Below are positions 27,693-41,379 of a stretch of DNA of 64,000 bases, one piece after another. The DNA comes from Octopus vulgaris (lineage: Eukaryota): assembly GCA_951406725.2 (NCBI GenBank), contig OX597820.1, positions 50,220,001 through 50,284,000 of the forward strand. The letters run 5' to 3'. The notes beneath the pieces are model-generated. The model saw only the letters and a program-made list of their open reading frames with translations, was not told where the DNA came from and made no database searches. The stretch's first letter is position 1, and every line of letters begins with the position of its first letter. The translations under genes were made by a program, and so were the position numbers.

Positions 27693-27999
27693 TTACATGA
27701 GCATGTACGCATGTTGGTAAAATGACTGAGAATAAGATAAATCGAAAATAATACGAGCATTACGTTGGAACCGAAAAGAGAGTTGACCATTTATAGAGAC
27801 AAAGATATAGAACGAGGGAGATTTAGGCGTATACATGTACATATGTATGCATATATGTATATATGCATGTATGCTTTTACAGATTCAATTACATGCGTAA
27901 ATTGGTGTCTAATTGTTGACACCAATTGTTCAGTATTTTTAACCAAATCCTGAGTAATTTATTGATAACTGCCAGGATATTTTAATCCCCTTTTTATTC

Positions 28000-28076
<77 letters not shown>

Positions 28077-28426
28077 ACATGTATACATATACGTAAATAT
28101 TCATGTAAACTAACGCAGAATAATATATACATTGAAGGGGAGAAAAAGAGAGAGAGGGAATGAAAAAGCAAAAAGAGAGTGAGGGAGAGAGAAAGGCAAT
28201 ACGACATATTGTGTGAATGCATTAATACAGAGACAAGGAAGTGTGTGAATGAATATATTATTCCTGATATACACAAATGCACACACACACACAGACATAC
28301 ACACAAACACATGCACCCAAACCCAGCACATGAGTGCGCAAACATACTTATACATAGATGTGAACATATTTCAGACATCAATATATAGATACGATATATA
28401 TATATATATATATATTTATGTATGTC

Positions 28427-28474
<48 letters not shown>

Positions 28475-28584
28475 CATATACAAAGACAAACTGATAGAGT
28501 ATATGGGAAGAGAACCTAGACAACGATAAAGTGATAGAAATGAAGTCAGCGAATAAGTATTTGTATGCATGTGTGTGTGTATAT

Positions 28585-28627
<43 letters not shown>

Positions 28628-28665
28628 TAGATAGATATGTATGTATGTATATACATATAGATATG

Positions 28666-28725
<60 letters not shown>

Positions 28726-30170
28726 TATACATTCGTACATACACACACATATATATTAACTTGGTAGATGCGAATTAACCCTGTATGATAAATTGAATGA
28801 AACAGATAGTAGGATTGATAGATAAATAGACAGACAGAACTATATATGTGAACACACACATATACAACTATATATGAAGAAAGAAGGAAATAGAGAAAGA
28901 TAGGGAAATAGATAGAACGAAAGTAAAAAAAAAAGAGGGAGAAGAAAGACTTTTCCGTCTAGAGATAAACAGTATAAAGTAAGATTGATATATAGATAAC
29001 AAGATACAGATTTAGATGGGGAGACAGAGAGGTATAAATAGGAAAGCGTGAGGCTTTAAGAAACAATTGAATGTTCAACTAAATGAAAGAAAATACAGAC
29101 ATAAAACAAACGAAAGGCAAACGATAGAACTGACTGAAAGCCGTTGCCAGTAGTAAAATTTGGCCAAAGGTCAGTTGAGCGAAAAAGCTTCCAGATTATT
29201 CGCCATTTCTCACAGACGTAAATTCTTCTATCGCTTTCTTCAGTGGTCGATTAAATTATGTTTTCGCCTGATTTCTCAATCATTCCTTATGGCCAGTCAC
29301 AGACGTTTCCTTTGCCATTTCAGATATACACTATAACAACAAGAAAAACAGCAGCAAAAGGAACATAAGAGCAACAACAACAATAACAACAACAAAGCAA
29401 AATAGCAAAACAACAACAACAACAATAATGATAATGTTAATAATAATAATAATAATGATAATACTAATGCTGACGTTAATGGTAGTGGAGCAAAAGTAAA
29501 CACCCACCATTTACCATAACCATCATCCAGATATATCAGCACCAAACAATTCTTTTAGGAATCAGCAACCTTCTTAGATAGATTCTGTCAATTGGAGAAT
29601 AAATCTGAAAACGGACATATTAAGAAATCTAGTAACCTCATTTAGTTTTGAATATACCGTTTCAGTGTTCAAATCCCACAGAAACTTACTGGGAACGTAT
29701 CAAACATATGATACATTTTGGATTCACGGTATTAAATATTATATAATTCTACTCTTCACTCCCACACTCTCACCCTCTCTCACCCTCTCTTTCTCTCCCT
29801 CTCTCTCTGTACGGTCCTTCTTGCGTTAGGTCAAAAGATTAGCTATGTGTACGCGGAGAGCTGTATGCAAGGTAGTACAGCCTGTCGATGTTGTTGTTGA
29901 TGAAATTTGGTAGATAGAAAGCTATTGCTAAGTCCGTAGGAGAGTTAATACTTGTGTTTGTATCGAACGTGTTGTCAGTTGTCCAGTTTAACCACTCTAG
30001 GTAAATCAGAACTCGTCTCATAGTGTAGCTGGTCTGGCATAGGGGCGCAAAAGCTGCCCATCTTTGTTGAATTTAACCACATTGATTTCGACTCTAATTC
30101 GATACTTGATCATTACATGACATGATAATTATATGACTAATTTTTATAGTTCTTAGTCACTAGCAAAACA

Positions 30171-30223
<53 letters not shown>

Positions 30224-30318
30224 TCACACACACAGTCACCTCACACACACTCACACATATAAACACACACGCATGCATGATAAACGTATGTACTGACATG
30301 CATAGTACCTACCAGCAT

Positions 30319-30384
<66 letters not shown>

Positions 30385-32231
30385 GTCTGTCTGCTTGTCT
30401 GTCTGTCTGTTTGTTTGTCTGTCTGACCGTCTGTCTGTCTGTCTGTCTGTCTGTTTGTTTCTTTCTTTATCTATCTATCTATATTGTGTGAGTGAGTGCG
30501 TGTGTGTGTTTATGTGAGTGAATATGCCTAAATACACATGGCTTCGTAAGCAGTCCCGTTAGTATAAGCGGATTTTTCACCTTTCTGTAATGAATACTAA
30601 TCTATTTAATATTAATACAAACACTTTAGCTTATTGCGCTTAAACTCAAACTTCGAACGCTATGATAAAAATTATACATTAAAAATATCTATTAGAACGA
30701 AAAAGCTATAATTTGCAAATTTTCTAAAAAAAAAAAAAAGTAGAAACCCTGTAGAAATGAGTCGCAATAAGAAAGTTCATAGATTGATTGTAGCAGACTC
30801 TCCTAAGAACGATGTGGAGTCATTTTTGAGAGGCATCTGAAATATTAAAAAAATAGCAACAGCATAACGTGATTCATAACATAACAACAAAAAGTGGCTA
30901 AATAAGCTACGGAGTAAGTACTGGGCAGAGGTCTCTCTGAAAATTTAAAATATTAACATTTAAACTCTCCTAACGGTTGTCGCAAAAGGGCCGAACGGTA
31001 GTCAGAACTGATTGCATTTATAGATATGAAAAACTCACTTTCTACAAGCTAGACTTCATTAATTTGCTTCGAAAAAGAACCTCTTCTAGTGATGAGAATT
31101 AGAATGTAGTTCTGACCTACTAGTTATGAGATTTCCTCTTGGGAGTGTGGTAGAAGGTGAATTGTTTTATATTTTCTAGCATTGCAGCAAGTGTTGGTTG
31201 GATTTGTGATAATTTTACACAGTTTGTTTAGATAAATACAGGACCATCCATTAAAGAATTTATGTCAATGTTCCTCCAAATTTCTCACATTTCAGCATAA
31301 AAACAAACTTTTATCGCAGTTTTCTATGTTATGAATGAGAGAGCCATGAGCAAAAAGCTGATTGTATTCTGTCAATGCAAGACGTTTGTTTTGCACATGG
31401 AACTAGATATTTTAGGAACCCCTTGAAATAAATGCTAGAGTCATAATGGGTTGTTAAATGTTGCTACACACTTTGTGAAGATAATTTACGTAATCAAAAT
31501 ATGTCACTCTTTTTGAAGTCGTCTGGGCTCAGCGAATTCTGTAACACTCACTTTCCATTTTTGCCGGATATTAAATAAACTGCAACCTGTCCATTTCTTC
31601 TGCGGTCTATTCCTGAATGTAGGCATTGCCTTATACTCACAAACTGTGTTTAGCAAGTCAAATATTGAAGTGGAAATATGTTGACTTGCCACAACAACGA
31701 GAGCAAAAACACTTAGAAATGAAATACGTAATATTACCTTTAGAAATGTGCAGTGCGAGTGAGTGAGTGTGTTTGTGTGTGTGCGTGCGTGCGTGTGTGT
31801 GTGTGTGTGGGCCGCGCGCACATGTGTATGTTCATTTAATTGTGTGAGGTTTGCAGATCAGCAGAATCGTTATTATGTCAAACAAAATGCCTTGATATAA
31901 TTCTTCTGGCTCTCTCAACGTTCTGAATGTTCAAATTCCGCCCCTGTCAAGTTTATATAACAGTCCTCCGGGTCGATCACATAATATGATTGTCACTTCA
32001 ATTTAAGGCATTCTGCCGACATTAGAAAGAGCTATTGGAAATGTGTATCACTGAAAATACGGCTTTTGATTAAATTCTGTATTATTGTCCCTCAACAAAG
32101 TCTCTTTATACCTTTCTTTTAGTTATTCTTTCACCTGCAGTTAAATTTCCTAATAAAGAAAATGAAAATGGCATTTCAAGTACGAGGTGTCAACAGTCTA
32201 AAGAAAAAAAAATATTAGAAAAACGAAATAT

Positions 32232-32301
<70 letters not shown>

Positions 32302-32406
32302 TGCGCTACTGCTGCTGCTACTACTACTACTACTACTACTAGTACTACCACTACTTGTAATAAAAATAATAATAACAACACCACCACCATCAACAACAAC
32401 AATAAC

Positions 32407-32444
<38 letters not shown>

Positions 32445-32829
32445 TAATAATAATAATAATAATAATAGAATTGTAAACCAAATTAACAAGTAAAAAAAGA
32501 TGGCGTTGTGAATATTTGTTGATAGTTGTGCCAAAACACGTTACTTGTTCAATACTCGAAAAAATGTCTTGTGATTGATTTCCGCTAAGTGGAGAGCAAA
32601 TGTTTGGTATTGAGTTATGTCGTTACAACATGTCAAACGGAGATTGACTGATGTCAGGACGAATATCCGAGAGTTCAGTTCATTTTAATGCATGCGTACG
32701 TGAGTTCACACAAACACACACACACACACACACACACACAACACACACACAAACACACACACACAACATACACACCTATAAACATACATATATATATAAC
32801 ATATGTATAAATATAAATACATATATACA

Positions 32830-32869
<40 letters not shown>

Positions 32870-33286
32870 TATGCATACATGCGTATATATTTATTTATAT
32901 GTGTGTAAATATATATACATATACACACAAACAAAGACACTCACACGTATATACACACATAAACATACATATACAAGCATACACCAACATATAAACGGTA
33001 ATACTAAGCCTTATAGGCATACCTTTATTTAATCATACACACGCACAAGTGTCTGTGTGTTTAAGCATTCATGTAAACAAACACTTGTGTATGTATATAT
33101 GGCTTACTTATGCGTTAAAACCTGTGTGATTATATGTTATTTGTTTGAGTACACATAGTGTGCATAAATCGATTTTTGCGAGAAATTTGCATGTAATAGG
33201 TGTCTGTGTATATGTATTTGTGTCTGTATATGGTTGTGTATGTGTGTGTATGCTTGTGTGTGTGTCGAAATACAGATATTCACACG

Positions 33287-33317
<31 letters not shown>

Positions 33318-33544
33318 ATGGATAAAGAATCTTATATATGCACAAATGGATAAATATGCATACGTACGTGAATATATGTTGATGGGCAGTCTCCGTCAGT
33401 CGCGACGAAGAGCAGATGTTTTTTTTCGTCGGAGATTTTGAAAGACATATATTGTGTTTCAACAAAATTGTCAGTTCGTACAATCATAGGAAGAAGGTTT
33501 ACAACTGGGACCCACATCGCTTACGACGACATGGATCCCAGTTG

Positions 33545-33820
33545 ATGCAATCAACATAACAACCTCTTCGTAAAATTAACGTGAAAGTGACTAAGCATTC
33601 AACAGAGACGCGTAGTCTTAAAATAGTTCTCAGGGTGAGCATGATACAAAATGTGTCATGACAGGCCCTTTGAAATAGAGGTACCACTCATTTTTGGCAA
33701 CTAGTGAACTGGAGTAACATAAAATAAAGTGTATTGCTCAAGGACACAACACACCGCCAGTAATCAAAGTCGCAACCTTGCGATTGTGAGCCGAATAACC
33801 TAAACACGAAGCCACGCGCG
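33545..33820 (-). mobile_element. tRNA/CORE-like SINE (degenerate)
   Basis: GTGTTGTGTCCTTGAGCAATACACTTTATTTTATGTTACTCCAGTTCACTAG, with the tRNA-like head at the 33820 end. Confidence 0.7.
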
Positions 33821-34176
33821 TTCATTGTAAAATGAGAGAGAAAGAAGAAAATGTGATTGAGAGAAAAGTCGACTACAGTATCTTATTTTCAATGAAAGTG
33901 AGAATTTATCCAGTGGCTATTTGAACTCAAAAAGTGAAAGCCGGAATGAATACCGTAAGACATTCTATGGAATGAAATAATGATTCTACAAATTCACCGA
34001 TGGCGCATATTAAAAAAAATGATATTTGATATATGTTTTTTTTTCCTTCCAAATTCATAGCACTGGCCACAAAATCATTCACATAGTTTATATTTGTTCA
34101 CATATGGAGGCATATATAAACACAACCATACATACATACATGCATACATACATACATACATACATACACACATACA

Positions 34177-34208
<32 letters not shown>

Positions 34209-34545
34209 GACAGGGAAACACAAGATATATTTCGAATTATATACCTAGATAGCATGCTGATTGATTTATATATGCAGATATATATCAAAAGTTCACATAC
34301 GCACTTTTTTTTATCTTATTGTTACATTTGTCTGCTGATGGTTATTTTTCTCTTTTCGAAAGATCTCACTGAAATTACGTAAGATCTCACTTCGTAATTT
34401 CGTCATGTATTCTGTTTGTCTCTGTTAATGTTTGTATATTTCGGTAGCAATCCGGGCCCGCTGAAACCAGAGTGTAAAACTGAAGGTTAATGTATCAAAA
34501 TTATCTACACCTTCCCTCAAAATTTTTTAAATAATAAAGTGATCT

Positions 34546-34992
34546 TACACTCTTTCACTCTTTTACTTGTTTCAGTCATTTGACTGCGGCCATGCTGGAG
34601 CACCGCCTTTAGTCGAGCAAATCGACCCCAGGACTTATTCTTTCTAAGCCTAGTACTTATTCTATCGGTCACTTTTGCCGAACCGCTAAGTTACGGGAAG
34701 GTAAACACACCAGCATATGTTGTCAAGCGATCTTAGGGATAGGGGAACAAACACAGACACACAAACACACACACACGTACACACAGGTATATACACATAC
34801 AAACACACACATATATATATAAATATATACGAAGGTCTTCATTCAGTTTCCGTCTACCAAATCCACTCAAAAGTCTTTGGTCGGCCCTAGGCTATAGTAG
34901 AAGACGCTTGCCCAAGGTGCAACGCAGCGGGACTGAACCCGGAACCATGTGGTTGGTTAACGAGCTACTTACTACACAGCCACTCCTACGCC
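34546..34992 (-). mobile_element. OR-like tRNA/CORE SINE, full length
   Basis: Colinear with 2131-2564. Tail GGCGGTGCTCCAGCATGGCCGCAGTCAAATGACTGAAACAAGTAAAAGAG. Confidence 0.9.
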
Positions 34993-35269
34993 TACTTGTC
35001 TACTAATTCTGTGTATTTTAGTTTTCAGTGTGTTTGATTGTAACTACCCAACATTTTGTCTTCCCTTTCTAACTCTCTCTCTCTCGTTCACTTCGTCTCT
35101 CGCTCTCTCTCTTCAGCTATTCTAGATTTCATTATGACTTTCCATGAAACTAGGTATTCTATCTATGTTTCATCTTTCATTTTGATCTCCGAGCTGCCAC
35201 TGGTCACATCATTCACCCTCCTGTCTTCCCTTTCAGGGATAAACGTCTAACTACTAAAACTATTGCTTC

Positions 35270-35463
35270 TTAGCAATTCCTGGACCGGACGTTTCGTTGT
35301 CTTCTTGAGTAAAAGCATGTATTTTCAAGTTGCTCCAGTCCACTCAGCTGGTTAAAACGAATAATCCAGCTACGGACTATCGCCCCGTCCAGCGGGGAAT
35401 ATATGCGTCACAGAAACCGGGAGACCGGCTCTATGAGACTACAAGATCATTATCCTTTAGCCT
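35270..35463 (+). mobile_element. CORE-like SINE (same family as 25810), degenerate
   Basis: GTTGCTCCAGTCCACTCAGCTGG...AGAAACCGGGAGACCGG...CTTTAGCCTA. Confidence 0.7.
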
Positions 35464-35805
35464 ATCCGAAATAACTCACAGTTGAATATGCTTCGTAACT
35501 ACAACCTGTATCCAGATTATATTGGGCATGCCAACAAAATTTTCCTGTATGCTTTTACACTCGTTGTCACCTGACATAGTCTCCAACTCTGGCGCGCTCA
35601 AGCGAGTGCGTAATTTTGTTGCTTGATGTGCCAAAATTTTCCTTGACCTTCACTTAACAGCTATCAAAAGTTTATGGATAATTTCCTATTATCTTTACCT
35701 TTGCACAAGCCTTGAAGTTTCTCTCTCCTCTCTTTTTTCCTCCTCCTCTCTCCTTTTCTCGCCCCCTCTCTCTCCAATTTCTCTGTCTCTCCCTCCTCTC
35801 TCTCT

Positions 35806-35853
<48 letters not shown>

Positions 35854-35854
35854 T

Positions 35855-36302
35855 TTTAATCCTTTATTCTTTTACTCGTTTCGTTTCAGTCGCTTAACTG
35901 CAGTCATGCTGGAGCACCACTTTGAAAGAGGTTTTAGTCAAATAAATCTACCCCAGGACTACCTTTTTAAGCCAAGTACTTATTGTATCGGGATCGTTCG
36001 CCAAACCGCTATGTTACGAATACGTAAACGCACCAACGGTGATGAGGGAACAAACACAAACACAAAGACACACATATATACACGCATACATCGGGCTTCT
36101 TTCAGTATCCCTCTACTGAATCCACTCACAAGCCTTTGATCGGCCCGAGACATTATTAGAAAACTCTTGCCCAAGGTGCCACATATTGAGTCTGAACACG
36201 GAGTAGCGTGGTTAGGAAGCAAGTTTCTCACTACACAGCCACACCTGCGCCTATCCACACATCCACGCCTGTGTCTATACACACGGCCACACCTGCGCCT
36301 AT
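35855..36302 (-). mobile_element. OR-like SINE with triplicated about 24-bp 5' terminus
   Basis: Colinear with 34546-34992. CACACAGCCACACCTGCGCCTA-like units occur three times in 36230-36302. Confidence 0.8.
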
Positions 36303-36439
36303 ATATATTTAACATGTGTGTGCATGTGTCTGTGTTTAGGTTTATACATGTGTCTAGGTTTATACATTCATATACACATATATGAATATACGTGTCTATG
36401 TATATATGTTGTTGTTGGTGGTAGTGTTTGTGGTAGTTT

Positions 36440-36900
36440 TGATAGCATGACTGTATAAGCAGTTGATGCAGTGCCTTATAGTGAGCATTTGCTGCTGTGT
36501 TGTGTGACCTCTAATAATGTTTGATCACTTACACCTATGACGTTAGGCATTTCTGCAATGGCCATTCACGGGTTTCCTTATGTTCACAAAGTCCAGAACA
36601 ATATTCTCCAGCGGTAGCGTGTGTTATATGTTGGAGTAGGCTGTTATTTCAAGTAGGTCGAGCAACCATATAGGGTTTGTTTTGTTGAGTTTTGTTATAG
36701 TGGTTGAAAGGATATAGTATGTAGATAAGGATCAACTTGCAGTATTGGCGGGGATTAACGCTAATGCGGCGCATGATTGTTTGGTGTTTCGTTAATTTTG
36801 GCTTCATTATAAACAGACAGATTCTATGGGTTGTGCTGAAGTCATTCAGCTTTGGCAATCGTTTGTTTAAGTTCCTTGTATCAACAGTTGGCATAGATTA
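36440..36900 (-). mobile_element. Highly decayed LINE AP-endonuclease fragment
   Basis: Frameshifted remnants NSLLQHITHAT, ENIVLDFV and GVSDQ resemble the L.Q...PT...NILDL...SDH motifs. Confidence 0.45.
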
Positions 36901-37774
36901 TTGATGTTTCTAATGATTCTTTAAAGTTTGAACTCAATATAAATAAAATGTTTAAAGGTAAAAAAAAAATACAAAAAATGAAAAAGAACTAAAAGAAGAA
37001 AATTTTATCAGGCAAACATTCCATTTGCTCAAGCTACACTTTTTTTAATTCACGACGCTTAATACCATTCCACTCACTGCTAAATCCAATATTGTCTTTG
37101 GAAGTGCCACAGTAAAATCAACACTTGACTAGAATTGCATTTTCACGTATTCCACCCCACTGCCAACACTTGTGAAAAAAAGGCCACCATTCTGTTAACA
37201 AGAACTACAGCAGCAATTGCAACATCATCAAGTCTCTCGGCATGGTTATTCACCATGCTAGAAATAGCAGATACACATGCTTCAAATATCATATATAACT
37301 GTATAAAAAAGAAAAAAAAAAGGAAGCTGCATAATGTTCTAATCATTTAAGTAGACTACGTCTGTGAGAAACACGAGATTGTCACGCATGGAATAACTAT
37401 GATCGCAAGAGAGCTTGATCAAGAATAACGTGGGAGGCGAAAGCAAAATAACAACGAAGATTAAAAATGTTAGTATCGATCATCCTAACAATCATCACCG
37501 TCACCTTTCCCAGCTTCATTTTCATCGTCGTCGTCATCGCTATCGTCGGCGCCGTCATCGTCGTCATCGTCGTCATCATCATCATCATGATCATCATGGT
37601 CCTGATCATCATCACCGTTTCTCTGCATATAAGCGCATACGTACGCACTCACATATACATATATGACCAAAGAGAAAGAGCATATAGTTTTACATAGTTA
37701 TATATGAATACATAAGTTCTTAGAAGAATTATATTAAATTAATATTATAATATAGAACTAATATAGTTCTATTA

Positions 37775-38920
37775 CACCGGTCCGCAATTTTGAAAAGTTA
37801 TGTTCTTCTTAAATAAGATTAGTTAATTCATATGCATTTTCATGTCCTGAATCCAAATATCACCTTGAAAAATACTTGTTAGCTATAGGCTTAAAGATAC
37901 GCGACATGTAATATTTAATTATTTTATCATAACGTACAATATGTGTCATGTTTTAAGCTCTAGTCCATATCTTCTCTCTGCCTTTTTATTTGACACTTAT
38001 AGTGAACTGAAGAATCCTCTCTTGCAATAGTTTGCAAGCATTGTTGTGCTCCATTTGCCTTGGTATCGCTTTTCCGTGGCGGAAATATCTTGGTGAAAAC
38101 TTTCACCATGTTCGTCAGTAACTGCACCACTATTCACTGGAAAAACACTCTAAATGTGAGCCCAAGAAGTGGATGTTAAGTGACATATTACATCCCATGT
38201 TCTTTTAAGCGTCGATGAAGTTTTCGCCCTATTCTTCATAGTTTCTTTCCCTTCTGTTTCCGAGAAATCCCATCTCCACTAACTTGAACGCGTCCCCAGC
38301 AGCTATCTCCTCCTCATGAAGGGATGATTTCCTTCATCTTTAAGAAGCTCTCGAATCAGAGGACCAATGTAGATTCCCCTTTTTAGCTAGGCGTCGCTCA
38401 GTGAAGAGAATTTTGATGTTAAATACTTGAACCACTGACAGGATTTGTTCATAGCTTTTAGAACATTTTCATAAGCTGCAGTTTTATATCTAGTGATGGT
38501 AGCAAATTTTCGTTTGGTTTAGTGAGAGGTGGATGTTGAAAATTTTTCATTTCAGGATCCAATAATTGAAGAGGTGGCAAATCTCTCCTGATATAGTGAG
38601 AACCTCTAGCACTGCTAACCCATTCACACACAAAGCAGCAGTATTTGCTGCACCCCCCTGCCAGCCCATCACAAGTGCGAAAACCTTTAAGTCGCCACAG
38701 AGCTACCATTGATGTCCATCATATTTTATGCATTGTAACATACGCTTTATATTCTCATAAGTATTTTCCATATGTGATGCGTAGACGACATGAACTGATA
38801 TGTCACTATTGCCATTATGCAGCAAGCCACTTGACAGACTAGATTTTGATGAATGCCATTCTCGGTATATCAAGTTTTATACTAGAGTGACCTTCTCCTC
38901 AATATTTCCTTTACGTATTA
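37775..38920 (-). mobile_element. Chapaev3-like (CMC) DNA transposon, 3' half (pseudogene)
   Basis: Remnants LLHNGN, KYCCFVCEW, LLPSLDIKLQLMK, GIYIGPLIR, MGCNMSLNIHFL and GAVTDEHGESFHQDISATEKRYQGKW. The terminus TTA|CAC at 37772-37777 fits CAC ends with a TWA target. Confidence 0.8.
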
Positions 38921-39229
38921 GCATATATAAATATCTCCCTCTCTCTACATACATACATACATACATACATACATACATACATACATACATACATACATAC
39001 ATACATACATACATGCCCACTTATATGCATACATTCAAATGATCATGATACCTGAGACAACAGAAATCTGCAACACTTTCATAAGATTTAAAGGATGTTG
39101 GTCAAAAAAGGTACCTACTTTCATAATCTTGCTACCAAGTAGGTGACTGGTCAACATTTAGTCTAAAATTAAAAAGAGAAGAACAAACACACTTACATAC
39201 AAAATATGCACATATATTCATCTTTAATA

Positions 39230-39625
39230 TTTTAGCCGTATCAGTCATTTTGACTGCAGCCATGCTGGGCCACCGTCTTGAAGTGTTCTAGCACAAGAAA
39301 TCGACCTCACGTCTCACTTTTAATATCTGGTATTTATTCTGTCGATCTCTTTTGCCGTACTGCTAAGTTACCGGAAAGTTAACACACCAGCACAAGTTGT
39401 CGAGCTGTGCTGGAGGACAAACACAGGCAGAAAGACACGTGCACATTCACACACACACACACACACATACATACACACATATACGACGATCGTCTTTCAG
39501 TTTCCGCCTACCAAATTCACTCACGAAGCTTTGTTTGGTCGGCTAGATTTTATAGTAGAAGATACTTGGCCAACAAGACCATGAGGTTTTGAAGAAAGGT
39601 TCTTCTCACACACTCACGCCCACGC
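39230..39625 (-). mobile_element. OR-like SINE, older copy
   Basis: TCAGTCATTTTGACTGCAGCCATGCTGG...GCTAAGTTAC...TTTCAGTTTCCGCCTACCAAAT. Confidence 0.75.
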
Positions 39626-41245
39626 ATATATTAAGGTATTGCTAGTATCTTACCAAATCGCTGGTTGTAACTAAATTAAATATTACCGTAAAATTGAATT
39701 TCAAAATTTTTCACTGGCGAAACTGAAAAGCACAGAAAATGCAATATTTAGTTGTTAGCTCGACAATTGGTGTAGTCATTCCCTGATCTGACGCTGCTAA
39801 CCCTTCCATTATCTTCAGCACTATATTTTTCACAACCACGAATATTTTATCACCTCCATATTCAATACTAGACTCTTTAATTCTACTTCTTCGACCGTAA
39901 CCATCTCTCAGGCTCTACATCTCGTACTCAAATAATTAACGTCTTTAATAGCATTTTACCAATTCCAAACCCACCGACATCGCCTCCACAAACACCAGCA
40001 ATTAACAGCAACAATCAACACCCGCCAACAACAATCCGCAACAACACAACGAATAACAGCAACTGTGTTAACGACAATAATAACTCTCTTATATAACGAA
40101 TTTGTAACCGTTTATAGACGAGAATATGTTTTCTCAAAAACATTCCAGTAAAAATTATGTATAACTCATTGTATCACTACCATGGAAAGCGACGACGACG
40201 TCCACTATCAACACCATCTTTCCCGCCATCTCATAGACACCTCCGCCTCCACTATATGAGAAATATGGAAATTCCACACTAAATAAAACAGATATAAATG
40301 AATATAAGCTATTGATTGTGCATAAATACGCGTGAGTGTGTGTAAGTGTGTATGTGTGTGTGTGTGTTCTTGTATATATATATGCCTGAGCTCACATATA
40401 AAAGTGAAGACATTTAGTTACACAAATATATATCAAGAATTAACGAGTATGCGTGGAAAATTTATTTATGTACAAACACACGAAAATACTCATACAGTCT
40501 TATAAACGTACACAAACACACCCTCAGTTATATACTTTGTAAACAAGCACACACAATCATACATACACATTCTAATTAGCACACCGTGCGAGCATGTACG
40601 ATCGCACACATTTTCACACACATTCTCAAACTTACATTAATTACTATATATAACAGTCCAATATCTAAATTTAAATTTCTATCAGTAACAACACGATTAA
40701 TAATAAAATGAAATGACAAACACGAATAAAAATCAATGTAAAATATATGTAAAACTAATCGGATACTACTTAGAAAAGTATGAATCATATGTTGTATTGT
40801 TTGAAACGAAAATAATATTCAGTGATATCATGGACGCTTCGTATCTAGTTGACCTCCTAAGTTATTTAAACATACTTGAATGATTTATCAAAAATAGTAT
40901 TCAAACATAAAAGTATTAATGTATTTATACATCAACATCAAAATCGTTATTCTTGCGTTGAATCGTCTTCATTTTGAGCACTGATGAAAGCTGATAGATA
41001 AATTGACTTGTGGATGTGTTATCTGGGTAAAAACAGCGTCAGTTCTTCAAAATCGGAAGGAAAAAAAAAAGGATTATTGTAGAATTGGTTTTTATTTGGT
41101 GTATTTCATTGTCTGTGTGATTGACGTATTTCTTTACTACTTTGTTTTCAAAAGAATTCTTCAACGCTGCCGGTTCGATCCGTGATTCTTCTACAACCTT
41201 CCTGTTTGTGTCTCTCGTTCACTCTCTTCCTTTCACTGCATATAT

Positions 41246-41341
<96 letters not shown>

Positions 41342-41342
41342 A

Positions 41343-41379
<37 letters not shown>

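Noticed and set aside
29839-30021. 60-aa ORF in unique sequence
   Set aside because: No recognisable motif or convincing splice signals.
31550-31640. Possible small minus-strand exon (CAG...GTGAGT)
   Set aside because: The polypyrimidine tract is weak and no peptide is recognisable.
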